DNA of 64,000 bases from Chrysomallon squamiferum (lineage: Eukaryota > Animalia > Mollusca): positions 20,894,001 through 20,958,000 of the forward strand of contig CM022677.1 in NCBI GenBank assembly GCA_012295275.1. The letters run 5' to 3'. How positions within the stretch are numbered: the first letter of the stretch is position 1; every line of letters starts with the position of its first letter. Made by a program: the position numbers and the translations under genes. This document shows, piece by piece, positions 63,827 through 64,000 of this stretch. Under the pieces are notes generated by a model, which was not told the origin of the DNA, did not search any database, and worked only from the letters and a program-made list of their open reading frames with translations.

Positions 63827-64000
63827 CTTTGTTTCTGTTCTTAAGTAAACTTGTTTATCTCCAGGTAATAAACTTAGTACATCGTTAGTGTTGACAAAAC
63901 AGATTAGAGGGTCGTGATATCACTGAAACTTATTTGAATAACAAGTTAAGTATGCACAAGCTAAACAGAGATAACAAATAGTTCAAACCATGGTCATATT

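Overview
Eukaryotic, very AT-rich, microsatellite-dense genomic DNA with spliceosomal GT-AG introns and two 200-N scaffold gaps. Gene content (perlucin-like lectin, B-box/NHL relic) suggests a mollusc, possibly a cephalopod; this is inference only. Manual splicing gives: (1) two near-identical tandem copies of a type I membrane protein gene with signal peptide, ~14 LRRs, 4 TSP1 repeats, a microexon stalk, a TM helix and a short tail ending EERTLL (copy A is 5'-truncated at the window edge; copy B is complete, 811 aa), both inside a ~14-17 kb segmental duplication; (2) a perlucin-like EPN/WND C-type lectin gene that is intact only if a decayed exon 2 is skipped; (3) a TRIM/NHL-like pseudogene; (4) a 5-exon minus-strand gene, only partly visible in the ORF track, for a 106-aa secreted protein with a 6-Cys module, an EGF module and a C-terminal Gly; (5) an internally deleted Tigger/pogo element; (6) a mosaic of locally re-duplicated modules, including seven copies of an exon-like cassette and an orphan receptor-tail exon (YETF...FDNPVF) between ~97-bp direct repeats. 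Most ORFs in the supplied track are microsatellite artefacts. All gene models are manual predictions without transcript support.
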